64,000 nucleotides of DNA from Macrostomum hystrix (taxonomy: Eukaryota; Animalia; Platyhelminthes): positions 4,526,001 to 4,590,000 of the forward strand of contig CATNEN010000039.1 in the NCBI GenBank assembly GCA_950097015.1, given 5' to 3'. The number at the start of each line of letters is the position of its first letter. Within the stretch, counting starts at the first letter, position 1. Positions 1 through 12,364 of the stretch are shown here, one piece after another. The notes under the pieces are model-generated. The model had not been told where the DNA came from. It worked only from the letters and a program-made list of their open reading frames with translations, and did not search any database. The position numbers were made by a program, and so were the translations under genes.

Positions 1-650
1 ATTGCTAATCTATCAGATAAGGTCCAAAGCAACAGGCTGGCCCCAGAAACAGTTGCACTAACTCCAGTTTTCTCCCAGAGTTTTCTCTGCTCTTCCCAAT
101 TATAATTTTTCCCAGTCTATCGCGGCTTTTAATGAGCAGTGTGAGCAACTGGCAAGCGGAATTGGGCGATTGGGATATTTGCCAAACTGGCAGACGAGAA
201 GAAATTGAGAGCGATGGCGGAGTGAGAGTGAGTTGGCAGAAAGGGGCTGAAACCACCAACTGAGCCTACCGTGCTCGAAGCAGTGGGAAAAGAAAGAAAA
301 TGGGAGAAAGAGACCTCGGCAGACAGGACTGGGCTCGATTCCTTACATCCCCATTTCCCCATTGCTAAGCTGCCTGTCAGTTGGTTGTCGGCAGCATCCC
401 GCGGGGCAAACACTGACGCAATTACCTCTGCGTAAATATTGGCGGAGGCGAGGAGGCTGCGGGTCGATGCCACGACTGGCTTCTTGCAGCTGAGTGCGAT
501 CATGGGGCCTACTCATGGATGGGGTGTTTTTGCGCGTGTGAGCGTGTCTGGCTATGCTTGACTGGGCTATCAGTTGCCGCTGCACACACTGCATATCTCT
601 CTGCTGATTGCAATCTTGACGACTTCAAAAGCTCTCTCTACTGCCTGTTG

Positions 651-1490
651 CTGTCTGTTGGGATCACTCTCTGTACTGTCTGTTGGGATCACTCTCTGTA
701 CTGTCTGTTGGGATCACTCTCTGTACTGTCTGTTGGGATCACTCTCTGTACTGTCTGTTGGGATCACTCTCTGTACTGTCTGTTGGGATCACTCTCTGTA
801 CTGTCTGTTGGGATCACTCTCTGTACTGTCTGTTGGGATCACTCTCTGTACTGTCTGTTGGGATCACTCTCTGTACTGTCTGTTGGGATCACTCTCTGTA
901 CTGTCTGTTGGGATCACTCTCTGTACTGTCTGTTGGGATCACTCTCTGTACTGTCTGTTGGGATCACTCTCTGTACTGTCTGTTGGGATCACTCTCTGTA
1001 CTGTCTGTTGGGATCACTCTCTGTACTGTCTGTTGGGATCACTCTCTGTACTGTCTGTTGGGATCACTCTCTGTACTGTCTGTTGGGATCACTCTCTGTA
1101 CTGTCTGTTGGGATCACTCTCTGTACTGTCTGTTGGGATCACTCTCTGTACTGTCTGTTGGGATCACTCTCTGTACTGTCTGTTGGGATCACTCTCTGTA
1201 CTGTCTGTTGGGATCACTCTCTGTACTGTCTGTTGGGATCACTCTCTGTACTGTCTGTTGGGATCACTCTCTGTACTGTCTGTTGGGATCACTCTCTGTA
1301 CTGTCTGTTGGGATCACTCTCTGTACTGTCTGTTGGGATCACTCTCTGTACTGTCTGTTGGGATCACTCTCTGTACTGTCTGTTGGGATCACTCTCTGTA
1401 CTGTCTGTTGGGATCACTCTCTGTACTGTCTGTTGGGATCACTCTCTGTACTGTCTGTTGGGATCACTCTGTCTGTTATCTGTTGGGATT
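651..1490. repeat. Minisatellite, 25-bp unit CTGTCTGTTGGGATCACTCTCTGTA, ~33 near-perfect copies
   Basis: Tandem unit read directly; explains ORFs 519-1593. Confidence 0.97.
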
Positions 1491-2452
1491 TTTCTCAATT
1501 TGCATTTCTCAGTTTTCTAAAAATGCTTTCAAGAAGATTGCCTGCAGTTTAATTCGCTTTTGTACTCAAAGAAAATTAATGGAAAATTATTAATGCAATC
1601 GATTATAAACAAAAAACAGACTCAACAGCTTCGCAAGACACGCAAATCCGACATTTTTTAAAACAAAAAATGGCAGCGATTCAATTTTACATAAAAATAG
1701 CTACAGATTCTGCTGATGCGGGTTAATCTCACACAAGCAATTGGCTGCTGACACAAGTGTTTTGTCTGCTGCCTTTTTTCGCACTTCCTCAGATCCAGAA
1801 CACACGCGCACACACGCACATAATGTAAAGGTGGATTTGCAATTAAACAATCTGATGAGTGAAGTGGCAGATAAGGTAAGGAAAATGAAAAGGAAGTGAA
1901 TTGAAGAGGAAGCGAAGGGGGTTGGGGAGTTTTTAAGGCAATAATAAGTCTTATTGCTCAAGCCGTCTGCTCAGTCAGAGGGCTGCCGAGATTCGCGATT
2001 CTCCTAAGCCATTTCGATCTTAAATAATCTTTTTACGATTTCCCCTGTCAAACTGTCATTTTACTGTGTTGCCCCTTCCTCCACTATTGGGATTTCGCAA
2101 GCAAAGATTTATCCTCGTGAAAGCAATTAGAATAAATTTTGAAGAAGAAATTCAACACCTCGGCTGTTGAGTAGACTTAATCACATCCGGTGTGAGAAGA
2201 CACCATTTCCCCTTTCACACAGAGCAGATTTCAGCCCAGAACGGGCTATCAAATGGGGAAAATTGGCATGCCTCGCTCAATCGGATTCCGCATGGAAACC
2301 GTGAGACATCGACTGCTTGAGTAGCTAGACTCCAACCCCCTCTGCCCTGTGACTCACAGCAGGGCGTTCTAATATTTATCAATCCGGGGAGACTCCGGCA
2401 GCAGACTATCAGAAATTGACCTGCCAAGCAAACAGGGCGGCGCGGACAACTC

Positions 2453-3122
2453 GAGATGGATGAGCAGAGATGAGATGGATGAGCAGGGATGAGATGGATG
2501 AGCAGGGATGAGATGGATGAGCAGGGATGAGATGGATGAGCAGGGATGAGATGGATGAGCAGGGATGAGAGGGATGAGATGGATGAGCAGGGATGAGATG
2601 GATGAGCAGGGATGAGATGGATGAGCAGGGATGAGATGGATGAGCAGGGATGAGATGGATGAGCAGGGATGAGATGGATGAGCAGGGATGAGAGGGATGA
2701 GATGGATGAGATGGATGAGCAGGGATGAGATGGATGAGCAGGGATGAGAGGGATGAGATGGATGAGCAGGGATGAGATGGATGAGCAGGGATGAGATGGA
2801 TGAGCAGGGATGAGATGGATGAGCAGGGATGAGAGGGATGAGATGGATGAGCAGGGATGAGATGGATGAGCAGGGATGAGATGGATGAGCAGGGATGAGA
2901 TGGATGAGCAGGGATGAGATGGATGAGCAGGGATGAGATGGATGAGCAGGGATGAGATGGATGAGCAGGGATGAGATGGATGAGCAGGGATGAGATGGAT
3001 GAGCAGGGATGAGATGGATGAGCAGGGATGAGATGGATGAGCAGGGATGAGATGGATGAGCAGGGATGAGATGGATGAGCAGGGATGAGATGGATGAGCA
3101 GGGATGAGATGGATGAGCAGGG
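2453..3122. repeat. Minisatellite, 19-bp unit GAGATGGATGAGCAGGGAT
   Basis: Direct reading, occasional 9-10-bp partial units. Confidence 0.96.
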
Positions 3123-3547
3123 TAAATGAGGCAACTACCAGTGATTCTATGGCTAGCATAAGCCTGTTCTGGAGTGATTTTGAGCAACATTTACTTCACA
3201 TTTCAAGTCTAGGATAATAGTGGGAATCCAGAGCTTTGATTTACAATTATTGGTTGGCCGCCAAGGCCAGCTGATTTTAAATTGGGATTGGGATCTAAGC
3301 TGTAGCGCACGAAATATTACAAAGTGATTTCAAACCCAGATTTCAGCCAAGTGTACTCAGTATTGGTTCGATTCGACAAATGTCTTGCATGATTGCATTC
3401 GCTTCTCGCAACACTTTTGTCTGCCTGATCCATTTATGTAGCGGACTGAAACAATCAACTCCCTCTGCATTCGGCACAATATCCCTTCTAGAAAGCCTAA
3501 CCTATTCCAGACTTTGAAAAGGGGTATAGAAGTGATTTAGAAAAGTA

Positions 3548-4842
3548 TGAGAATGGGAGAGAGATTGATAGGAATGGGAGAGAGATTGATAGGAATGGGA
3601 GAGAGGTTGATAGGAATGGGAGAGAGGTTGATAGGAATGGGAGAGAGATTGATAGGAATGGGAGAGAGATTGATAGGAATGGGAGAGAGGTTGATAGGAA
3701 TGGGAGAGAGATTGATAGGAATGGGAGAGAGGTTGATAGGAATGGGAGAGAGATTGATAGGAATGGGAGAGAGATTGATAGGAATGGGAGAGAGGTTGAT
3801 AGGAATGGGAGAGAGATTGATAGGAATGGGAGAGAGATTGATAGGAATGGGAGAGAGATTGATAGGAATGGGAGAGAGGTTGATAGGAATGGGAGAGAGG
3901 TTGATAAGAATGGGAGAGAGGTTGATTAGAATGGGAGAGAGGTTAATAGGAATGGAAGAGAGGTTGATAGGAATGGGAGAGAGATTGATAGGAATGGGAG
4001 AGAGGTTGATAGGAATGGGAGAGAGATTGATAGGAATGGGAGAGAGGTTGATAGGAATGGGAGAGAGATTGATAGGAATGGGAGAGAGGTTGATAGGAAT
4101 GGGAGAGAGGTTGATAAGAATGGGAGAGAGGTTGATTAGAATGGGAGAGAGGTTAATAGGAATGGAAGAGAGGTTGATAGGAATGGGAGAGAGATTGATA
4201 GGAATGGGAGAGAGGTTGATAGGAATGGGAGAGAGATTGATAGGAATGGGAGAGAGGTTGATAGGAATGGGAGAGAGGTTGATAGGAATGGGAGAGAGAT
4301 TGATAGGAATGGGAGAGAGGTTGATAGGAATGGGAGAGAGGTTGATAGGAATGGGAGAGAGGTTGATTAGAATGGGATAGAGGTTAATAGGAATGGGAGA
4401 GAGATTGATAGGAATGGGAGAGAGATTGATAGGAATGGGAGAGAGGTTGATAGGAATGGGAGAGAGATTGATAGGAATGGGAGAGAGATTGATAGGAATG
4501 GGAGAGAGGTTGATAGGAATGGGAGAGAGATTGATAGGAATGGGAGAGAGGTTGATAGGAATGGGAGAGAGGTTGATAGGAATGGGAGAGAGATTGATAG
4601 GAATGGGAGAGAGATTGATAGGAATGGGAGAGAGGTTGATAGGAATGGGAGAGAGATTGATAGGAATGGGAGAGAGGTTGATAGGAATGGGAGAGAGATT
4701 GATAGGAATGGGAGAGAGATTGATAGGAATGGGAGAGAGGTTGATAGGAATGGGAGAGAGATTGATAGGAATTGGAGAGAGATTGATAGGAATGGGAGAG
4801 AGATTGATAGGAATGGGAGAGAGGTTGATAGGAATGGGAGAG
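3548..4842. repeat. Minisatellite, 21-bp unit GATAGGAATGGGAGAGAG(A/G)TT, ~60 copies
   Basis: Direct reading; source of the GMGERLI/SPIPINL pseudo-ORFs. Confidence 0.96.
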
Positions 4843-5339
4843 GGGCAGTATGGAACGGGAATATAAGGTCTAGGATCAGAAGTTAAACTGGACTGAAGCC
4901 GAAGCTTGGACAAGAAAAATTTAGCTGCAAAAGGGTTTCGTTTCGAACCTGACAGTTTCCGGCACGCAAAGGCCGCCTAGACTCAGTTGAGCAGTTGAGC
5001 AGTTGAGCAGTGCTGATGGTACTATGGATCGCGCGCTAATTTTCCTGAGCACAGAAGCTGGCGAATTTCAGTCGGGTGCTAATCAGGCTGGCCCAACTTA
5101 CTCGAATATTTATTTGATCATGGCTTTCAAGCTGATTGCAGCAGTCACGAATGTGATATGGCATCATTGGTCATTCATGTCTGCTTTGGGACGATATGGG
5201 TCTACTAGTAGATTTTTAATGCATGCCCTGTCTGTTGTTGTCTATTTATTTTTATTTAAGCCTTCTTTTCTTTCTTGCTTTCTAATCTCGATCAAAGTTA
5301 TTGGCGTCAATTTCCACTTCAAAATATTCTTACTCTCCA

Positions 5340-5884
5340 ATCACTCTCCCATCACTCTCCCATCACTCTCCCATCACTCTCCCATCACTCTCCCATCAAT
5401 CTCCCGTCACTCTTCCATCACTCTCCCGTCACTCTTCCATCACTCTCCCATCACTCTCCCATCACTCTTCCGTCACTCTTCCATCACTCTCCCGTCACTC
5501 TCCCATCACTCTCCCATCACTCTCCCGTCACTCTCCCGTCACTCTTCCATCACTCTTCCATCACTCTCCCATCACTCTCCCGTCACTCTTCCATCACTCT
5601 CCCGTCACTCTCCCATCACTCTCCCGTCACTCTCCCATCACTCTCCCATCACTCTCCCATCACTCTCCCATCACTCTCCCATCACTCTCCCATCACTCTC
5701 ACATCACTCTCCCATCACTCTCCCATCACTCTCACATCACTCTCCCATCACTCTCCCATCACTCTCACATCACTCTCCCATCACTCTCCCATCACTCTCC
5801 CATCACTCTCACATCACTCTCCCGTCACTTTACCATCACTCTCCCATCACTCTCCCATCACTCTCCCATCACTCTCCCATCACT
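5340..5884. repeat. Minisatellite, 11-bp unit CATCACTCTCC
   Basis: Direct reading. Confidence 0.95.
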
Positions 5885-7125
5885 TATTCTAAATAACAGA
5901 CCATTAATAAAATCCCATGTTAGACACAGATTTAATTGCGATGCGATTTCCCGGAAATTCTAGAAATGGGGATCAGAAAACTTAATGGGAAAATTTCAGG
6001 CAAAATTTCGGTTTCTCTGGAAGCGCAAATTAATTCGTTGCATTTTGTGTAGCGAATATAAATTGCAAAGTCGGCATTCTGAAGGTGTTTTCTACTGGCC
6101 AGTGGCACAAATAATTGATCCGGGCCAGACCCGGGGGGTCGCGGACGGTTGGCGAAACAACGGGGCCAAATAACTCCTGCATTATCATAAAAATACTGCT
6201 TTGCGCTAGAATGCACTGGGCATTGCAGCCACCTCACTCCGCTATATCATCCCAACATCCCCACCGCACACAGTTTATGGAATATACTGCCCGGGCACAG
6301 TTTGATGATCAGCTAGCCAAACGGACTTCATTCTTTTCCAATTCTTTCTTCTACTTTAGTCTTCTTCTGCGCTAAGGTCTACGAAAAGAGGAAAAGAACA
6401 AATTCCCCTTCGGTCTAACGGAAAACTACTTTTCCCAGGAGTAATCCCAGAACAAACCGCAGCATGTTGCACACCCCAATTTGACAAGTGGAAGGGATCA
6501 GATGAGTGATTGGTCCTGTCCGCAGACTATATCTTGTGCCTGGCAGGACACACCCGATTACGCAACACCGGCGCCTGAACCCTGCACTGACCAGCAAAAT
6601 TTAAATAAAACACTAAAATAAGCGTGGGAAAGGCTGGCCAAGGTATTGTTTACTATTAATGGCTCTAATAAACATTCATGGTCTTTGTCTAGTCTTTGTC
6701 TCACTTTCTCAATTCGCATTTATAGCAAAGAATATGTCCAAGCACCGGCTGTTATTCAATGCTCGCAGTGGTTGTTACTGAACAGGCAGTATGCAATAGC
6801 CTGAATGTGAAAATGTATCTGATAGCTACCTAGCAACAAACAATATTAATTTCAAGGCTGAGCGTGCGGACACATTTTACGAGCTTGCGTATGGGCCTGG
6901 ACACTTGAGACTGTGCTCAAACTATAAGTGAGATATTCAATATTGCTTACTGGCCTACATAAGACCATAGAAAATTGTAACATTCGAGCACAAGAAAATT
7001 GATACACAATGGTCGCTCATTCTCACTCTGAGCTGATTGAAAAAAAACTGATTTGCTGTTGAACATGGGGCAGTGTGACGCATTGAGGTTCATGATGATT
7101 GGATGGTTAACGCAGGTAAATTTCG

Positions 7126-7555
7126 AGGGAGACAGACACTCTGGAGGGAGACAGACACTCTGGAGGGAGACAGACACTCTGGAGGGAGACAGACACTCTG
7201 GAGGGAGACAGACACTCAGGAGGGAGGGAGATAGACACTCAGGAGGGAGGGAGATAGACACTCAGGAGGGAGGGAGATAGACACTCAGGAGGGAGGGAGA
7301 TAGACACTCAGGAGGGAGGGAGACACTCAGGAGGGAGGGAGATAGACACTCAGGAGGGAGGGAGACACTCAGGAGGGAGGGAGATAGACACTCAGGAGGG
7401 AGGGAGACACTCAGGAGGGAGGGAGATAGACACTCAGGAGGGAGGGAGACAGACACTCAGGAGGGAGATAGACACTCAGGAGGGAGCGAGACAGACACTC
7501 AGGAGGGAGATAGACACTCAGGAGGGAGACAGACACTCAGGAGGGAGACAGACAG
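7126..7555. repeat. Minisatellite, 19-23-bp GGAGGGAGA(C/T)AGACACTC(T/A) variants
   Basis: Direct reading. Confidence 0.93.
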
Positions 7556-8228
7556 TAGTTAGACAGTCTCACTCCACAAGGTTGCAGGCACTCGAAGACA
7601 GTGAAATTGCAAATGCAAATATTGGTGCAGAAGCGCAGTGTAACGGCAGGTGCTAGAGAGTAGAGTTACCACTGCCAGCTCAGACTAAGAGCACACACAC
7701 AGAGTCGGGAGTATGCAAATTGGCCATGCCGGTTATGCAGATTAAGTTTGGCCCGCCGAGGTCGAACAGCAAAAGCCAAGCCCGGAACGGTTGCTTAGCG
7801 CAGAGTTATTTTGGAGAAAGTTAGGGACCCAGTGCAATAAGCCAAGTGAGTCATATCCCATTCGCTACTGCTCGAACCACTGCTCGAACCACTTTCAAGA
7901 CCCTCAAAAAGCACCAGACTGCCTGACTCCGAGCGATAAAACAATCTTAAAAATAAGCTTGATAAATCAAATATTGTGAGGCCGTGTTGGTTAGTGAGAT
8001 CTCGGCACACGAGCGATATGAAAAACGGGAAATTAACTTTATGAAATCTTTACTTACTACTGGCACGACGGACTTAGAAGCAATGCACTCAACATTCCCG
8101 CATTAATACTCGTAATATGCTAATTCAGATTTTCAACCTTTTAATTGCTGCCTGTAGTGAGAGCTTCTTTGTCAGACTATTGGAGGTCTTTGTTGATTTA
8201 AATTGATTGTAGTATTTGAGTACAATGG

Positions 8229-9275
8229 GAGTAGAGTGAGAGTGTACTGAGAGTGAGAGTAGAGTGAGAGTGTGAGTGGATTGAGAGTGAGAATGAGAGT
8301 AGAGTGAGAGTAGTGAGAGTAGAGTGAGAGTGGACTGAGAGTAGAGTAAGAGTGGACTGAGAGTGCGAGTGAGAGTAGAGTGAGAGTAGAGTAAGATTAG
8401 AGTGAGAGTGAGAGTAGAGTGAGAGTAGAGTGAGAGTAGAGTGAGATTAGAGTGAGAGTGAGAGTGGATTGAGAGTGAGAACGAGAGTGAGAGTGAGAGT
8501 AGAGTGAGAGTGGACTGAGAGTAGAGTGAGAGTGGACTGAGATTGAGAGTGAGAGTAGAGTGAGAGTAGAGTAAGATTAGAGTGAGAGTGAGAGTAGAGT
8601 GAGAGTAGAGTGAGATTAGAGTGAGAGTGAGAGTGGATTGAGGGTGAGAATGAGAGTGAGAGTGAGAGTAGAGTGAGATTAGAGTGAGAGTAGACTGAGA
8701 GTGAGAGTGAGAGTGAGAGTAGAGTGAGAGTAGAGTGAGATTAGAGTGAGAGTAGAGTGAGAGTGAGAGTAGACTGAGAGTGAGAGTAGAGAGAGAGTAG
8801 AGTGAGAGTGAGAGTAGAGTGAGAGTAGACTGAGAGTGAGAGTAGAGTGAGAGTAGATTGAGAGTGAGAGTAGAGTGAGAGTAGAGTGAGAGTGGACTGA
8901 GATTGAGAGTGAGAGTAGAGTGAGAGTAGAGTAAGATTAGAGTGAGAGTGAGAGTAGAGTGAGAGTAGAGTGAGATTAGAGTGAGAGTGAGAGTGGATTG
9001 AGGGTGAGAATGAGAGTGAGAGTGAGAGTAGAGTGAGATTAGAGTGAGAGTAGACTGAGAGTGAGAGTGAGAGTAGAGTGAGAGTAGAGTGAGATTAGAG
9101 TGAGAGTAGACTGAGAGTGAGAGTAGAGTGAGAGTAGATTGAGAGTGAGAGTAGAGTGAGAGTGAGAGTAGAGTGAGAGTAGAGTGAGAGTGAGAGTAGA
9201 GTGAGAGTAGAGTGAGAGTGAGAGTGAGAGTAGAGTGAGAGTAGAGTGAGAGTAGAGTGAGAGTAGAGTGAGAGT
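8229..9275. repeat. Complex GAGAGT/AGAGT micro-minisatellite (11-bp AGAGTGAGAGT core)
   Basis: Direct reading; internal higher-order block repeated (~8520-8700 and ~8880-9060). Confidence 0.93.
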
Positions 9276-10017
9276 ACACTGACAGTAATGCAAAAATGTT
9301 GACATGGTAGAGTGGACAGAAGGGAGGGTGCCAAGAACTTCGAGTAAAAATTAAACGTGAAAACTCACATGTAAAGTGGTGATGCGTCAAATTAAAAAGT
9401 GCCTTAAAAAATTTAGGTTTGAATGACGCCAAAAACTGGAGTTGGTTTTTTATTTGTGGATTCGGCTAGAATTCTAACCGGGTCTCGTGTTTCTGTCCTC
9501 CTATTTAACGTCTTGTTTCTTATTACAGTTTACACAGGAGATGTTCGATCGCTGTCATTGGCTGTTAGCCTCTCAGCATTAGCAGCCAATAGGAAAAGAG
9601 AATAAGGATTAGTCGTACTACGGCAAGAGACTTAGGCGGCTAAGGTAACAGTTCTCTCGCTGCTTCATGAGATTGTAAAGTTCCTGTCAGCTGTTAATGG
9701 GCATCAGATGTTGCTCTGGGGCCTAGGTTGTGAAATTGGCGTACGATCTTCTTTCCCACACTTGCACGGGCCACCCACCACGGGCGGTGCAAATTTATGA
9801 ATATTTAATTATGCGGCAAGGCTTTCTAAACGGTTTAAAAAATAATTGAAAGGCCACCCTACACAGGTAGGCTGCTCACGCTAAGGACCAGAGTAGCTCC
9901 AAGCTGTTTACTGTGACCGAGCCGAGACAACGGTTTGACTCTACACCATCCTGCTGCGACTCCTAGACAAGGTGCGGCAGCACTCACTGCTGGCTGATGA
10001 CTGCTCGATTGCAATGC

Positions 10018-10462
10018 CAGTGGTCTCAGGGTGGCATCAGTGTGGTCTCAGGGTGGCATCAGTGTCGTCTCAGGGTGGCATCAGTGTGGTCTCAGGGTGG
10101 CATCAGTGTGGTCTCAGGGTGGCATCAGTGTCGTCTCAGGGTGGCATCAGTGTGGTCTCAGGGTGGCATCAGTGTGGTCTCAGGGTGGCATCAGCATGGG
10201 TTTAGGCTGACATCAGGTGGCTTCAGGGTGGCATCAGTGTGGGTTTGGGCTGACATCAGGTGGCTTCAGGGTGGCATCAGTGTGGGTTTGGGCTGACATC
10301 AGGTGGCTTCAGGGTGGCATCAGTGTGGGTTTAGGGTGACATCAGTGTGGGTTTAGGGTGGCATCAGTGTGGGTTTAGGGTGGCATCAGTGTGGGTTTAG
10401 GGTGACATCAGTGTGGGTTTAGGGTGGCATCAGTGTGGGTTTAGGGTGACATCAGGTGGTTT
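10018..10462. repeat. Minisatellite, 22-bp unit GTGGTCTCAGGGTGGCATCAGT grading into GTGGGTTTAGGGTGGCATCAGT
   Basis: Direct reading. Confidence 0.92.
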
Positions 10463-11695
10463 CAAGTTGAAGCAACACTTGTTTCAGGGTTATCGAATTA
10501 GAAAGCTGAATTGCTGATATAATAGTGCTGCATGTTGTTTGTGGTAAACAGAAATACAATAACTTATGACAAATGCATGGGCACAGCCACTGCTGGTATA
10601 TTAAATTGAATTGATTTGAAATTATCTTCAAAACAAGCCATTGTCCAAGATTTATTTGTATTGATATAGTTAGTTTTTCAGTAAAAAAACTGTTTCACTA
10701 CAGAACAACCACAACAATGACAGCGCGGCAGTCAACTATTCAACAGAATGTCTTTCAGACAGACCCCATGATCAATTTCCTTTATCTGCTTCTGCTGTCG
10801 CAGGCAACAGCTTTGAGAAGAGAACATTTGAAGGACAACATAAAGTTTTACAGAATATATAATATAGAGAGAGATATATGCATAAGATAACATAATAGAT
10901 ATAGAATTTTATTCATGAATATGTATAATATAACAGTAACCGACTAGACTTGAAACAATTTCCACTCATAATCTGCTTTCACACAGAACAAGTGAGTTTG
11001 CCGCAGATCTTTTTGAGACACAAAAAACAACACACACACAAGCGGTGCATTGGGAGACAAGATTAAGTTAAATAAAGGACTGGTTTGGGGAACATGAAAA
11101 TCGACTCAGACACAAGGTCGGCGTGCCGCCGCAATCTATAAGCGTGGGGGTTTGTGCACACTTTTTAAAATAACAAATGACCACAAAAAGCAAGTAGACT
11201 TTGCGCATAATATCAGTTCTGCCCTTGCAGCTTGTCATAGACTATTAACTCGAGGAGTTTCTATACTGGAAAATAAGAAACGAAAAACCCGCAACTGTCA
11301 TCGGCGGTGACTGCCGAAATTAAATCTGGATGGACATACTCACAAACTACTACTGCAACTACTGCTCATAAGTAGGCGCGTAAGGATTTTCAACGCAAAA
11401 GAGAATAAAATTATCCATCAACGGCTGGCCAGAAAAATCACATTTTTAATTGACAAAAAAGGTTAGTCAAAAGAACAGGCCATTGCGGAGTGAGTGGGGT
11501 GACGGCGGGTTACTACAGAACTATCAGCTGCTGAATGCCTATTCTAAAGTGCCTAGAGTCAGTCGCGTTTATGTTACACGGGGTGAGGGACATACGGCGC
11601 AATGGAGCTCTTAGTAGAAGGCCCTTTATCTAGCGGGCCACAAGACTTTTGTTTCGACTAAAGACTAAAAAACACGAATACAGATACATACAGGC

Positions 11696-12291
11696 AGGGC
11701 GGGCAAGCGGCGAGTCGTCAATAAATTAGCCGACAATTTCTATTTGCTTGATTTGCTTTAAGTTTAATTGCTATGAAAAGTAACGAATACTTTTAACGCA
11801 AGTTACTTCTGAAAGTCTATCGCACGATTTCTTGATGTTGGATAATCCGTATTTTGCTACAAAAGTAACGAACAATATTTTTTAACGCAAGTATTACCTT
11901 GATAAACAAGTAACGGTAACGTAATTCAACATAAAAAGTAATAATTGTCGCTACTTAACTGAGAGAATGCACATTTTCGCAATGGATTTTGCAAACCTTT
12001 TTTGGCGCTACAAAAAGTTGCTGAAAAGCTTTTTAATGTTTCTTCTCGGTGAAATAATAGCGCAACATATCGTTAACAGTCTAGAATTGCGCTACTATTC
12101 AATTGATTCAATCTCAATGCCATCGGCACAGAAAGTAACGAATAATAGCTAGTTTTAAGGCTAGTTACTTCTGACCAGAAAAGTAACGCTACAGAAAGTT
12201 TGAAAAGCTTGATAATTTTCAGTTTAAGCTGTTAATAAGGAAAATGCTGGCTGTCACGCGACGACTCCCCGCGAACCGCAGACCCGGCCCA
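11696..12291. mobile_element. Putative MITE / non-autonomous DNA transposon with internal AAAGTAACG motifs
   Basis: GCGGCGAGTCGTC (11707-11719) is the inverse of GACGACTCCCCGC (12260-12272) with 1 mismatch; several AAGTAACG/GTTACTT motifs inside; no TSD resolved. Confidence 0.4.
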
Positions 12292-12364
12292 AGCAAAAGC
12301 TGTTAAGAAATGTTAGTCTCTGTCATCAATTGCTGCTTCTGCTTCCACTGGACTGCCTGACATC

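Noticed and set aside
420-520. Possible minus-strand first exon (MSRPHDRTQLQEASRG.., donor GTAATT near 425)
   Set aside because: No recognisable homology and no downstream exon can be confirmed inside the window
4930-5000. tRNA-like A/B boxes on the minus strand
   Set aside because: Too degenerate; at most an old SINE head
519-9432. Long repetitive ORFs (333, 458, 435 aa etc.); likewise those at 18871-20299, 25664-28225 and 36536-39800
   Set aside because: Stop-free translations of minisatellites, open in several frames and strands, with no domain content
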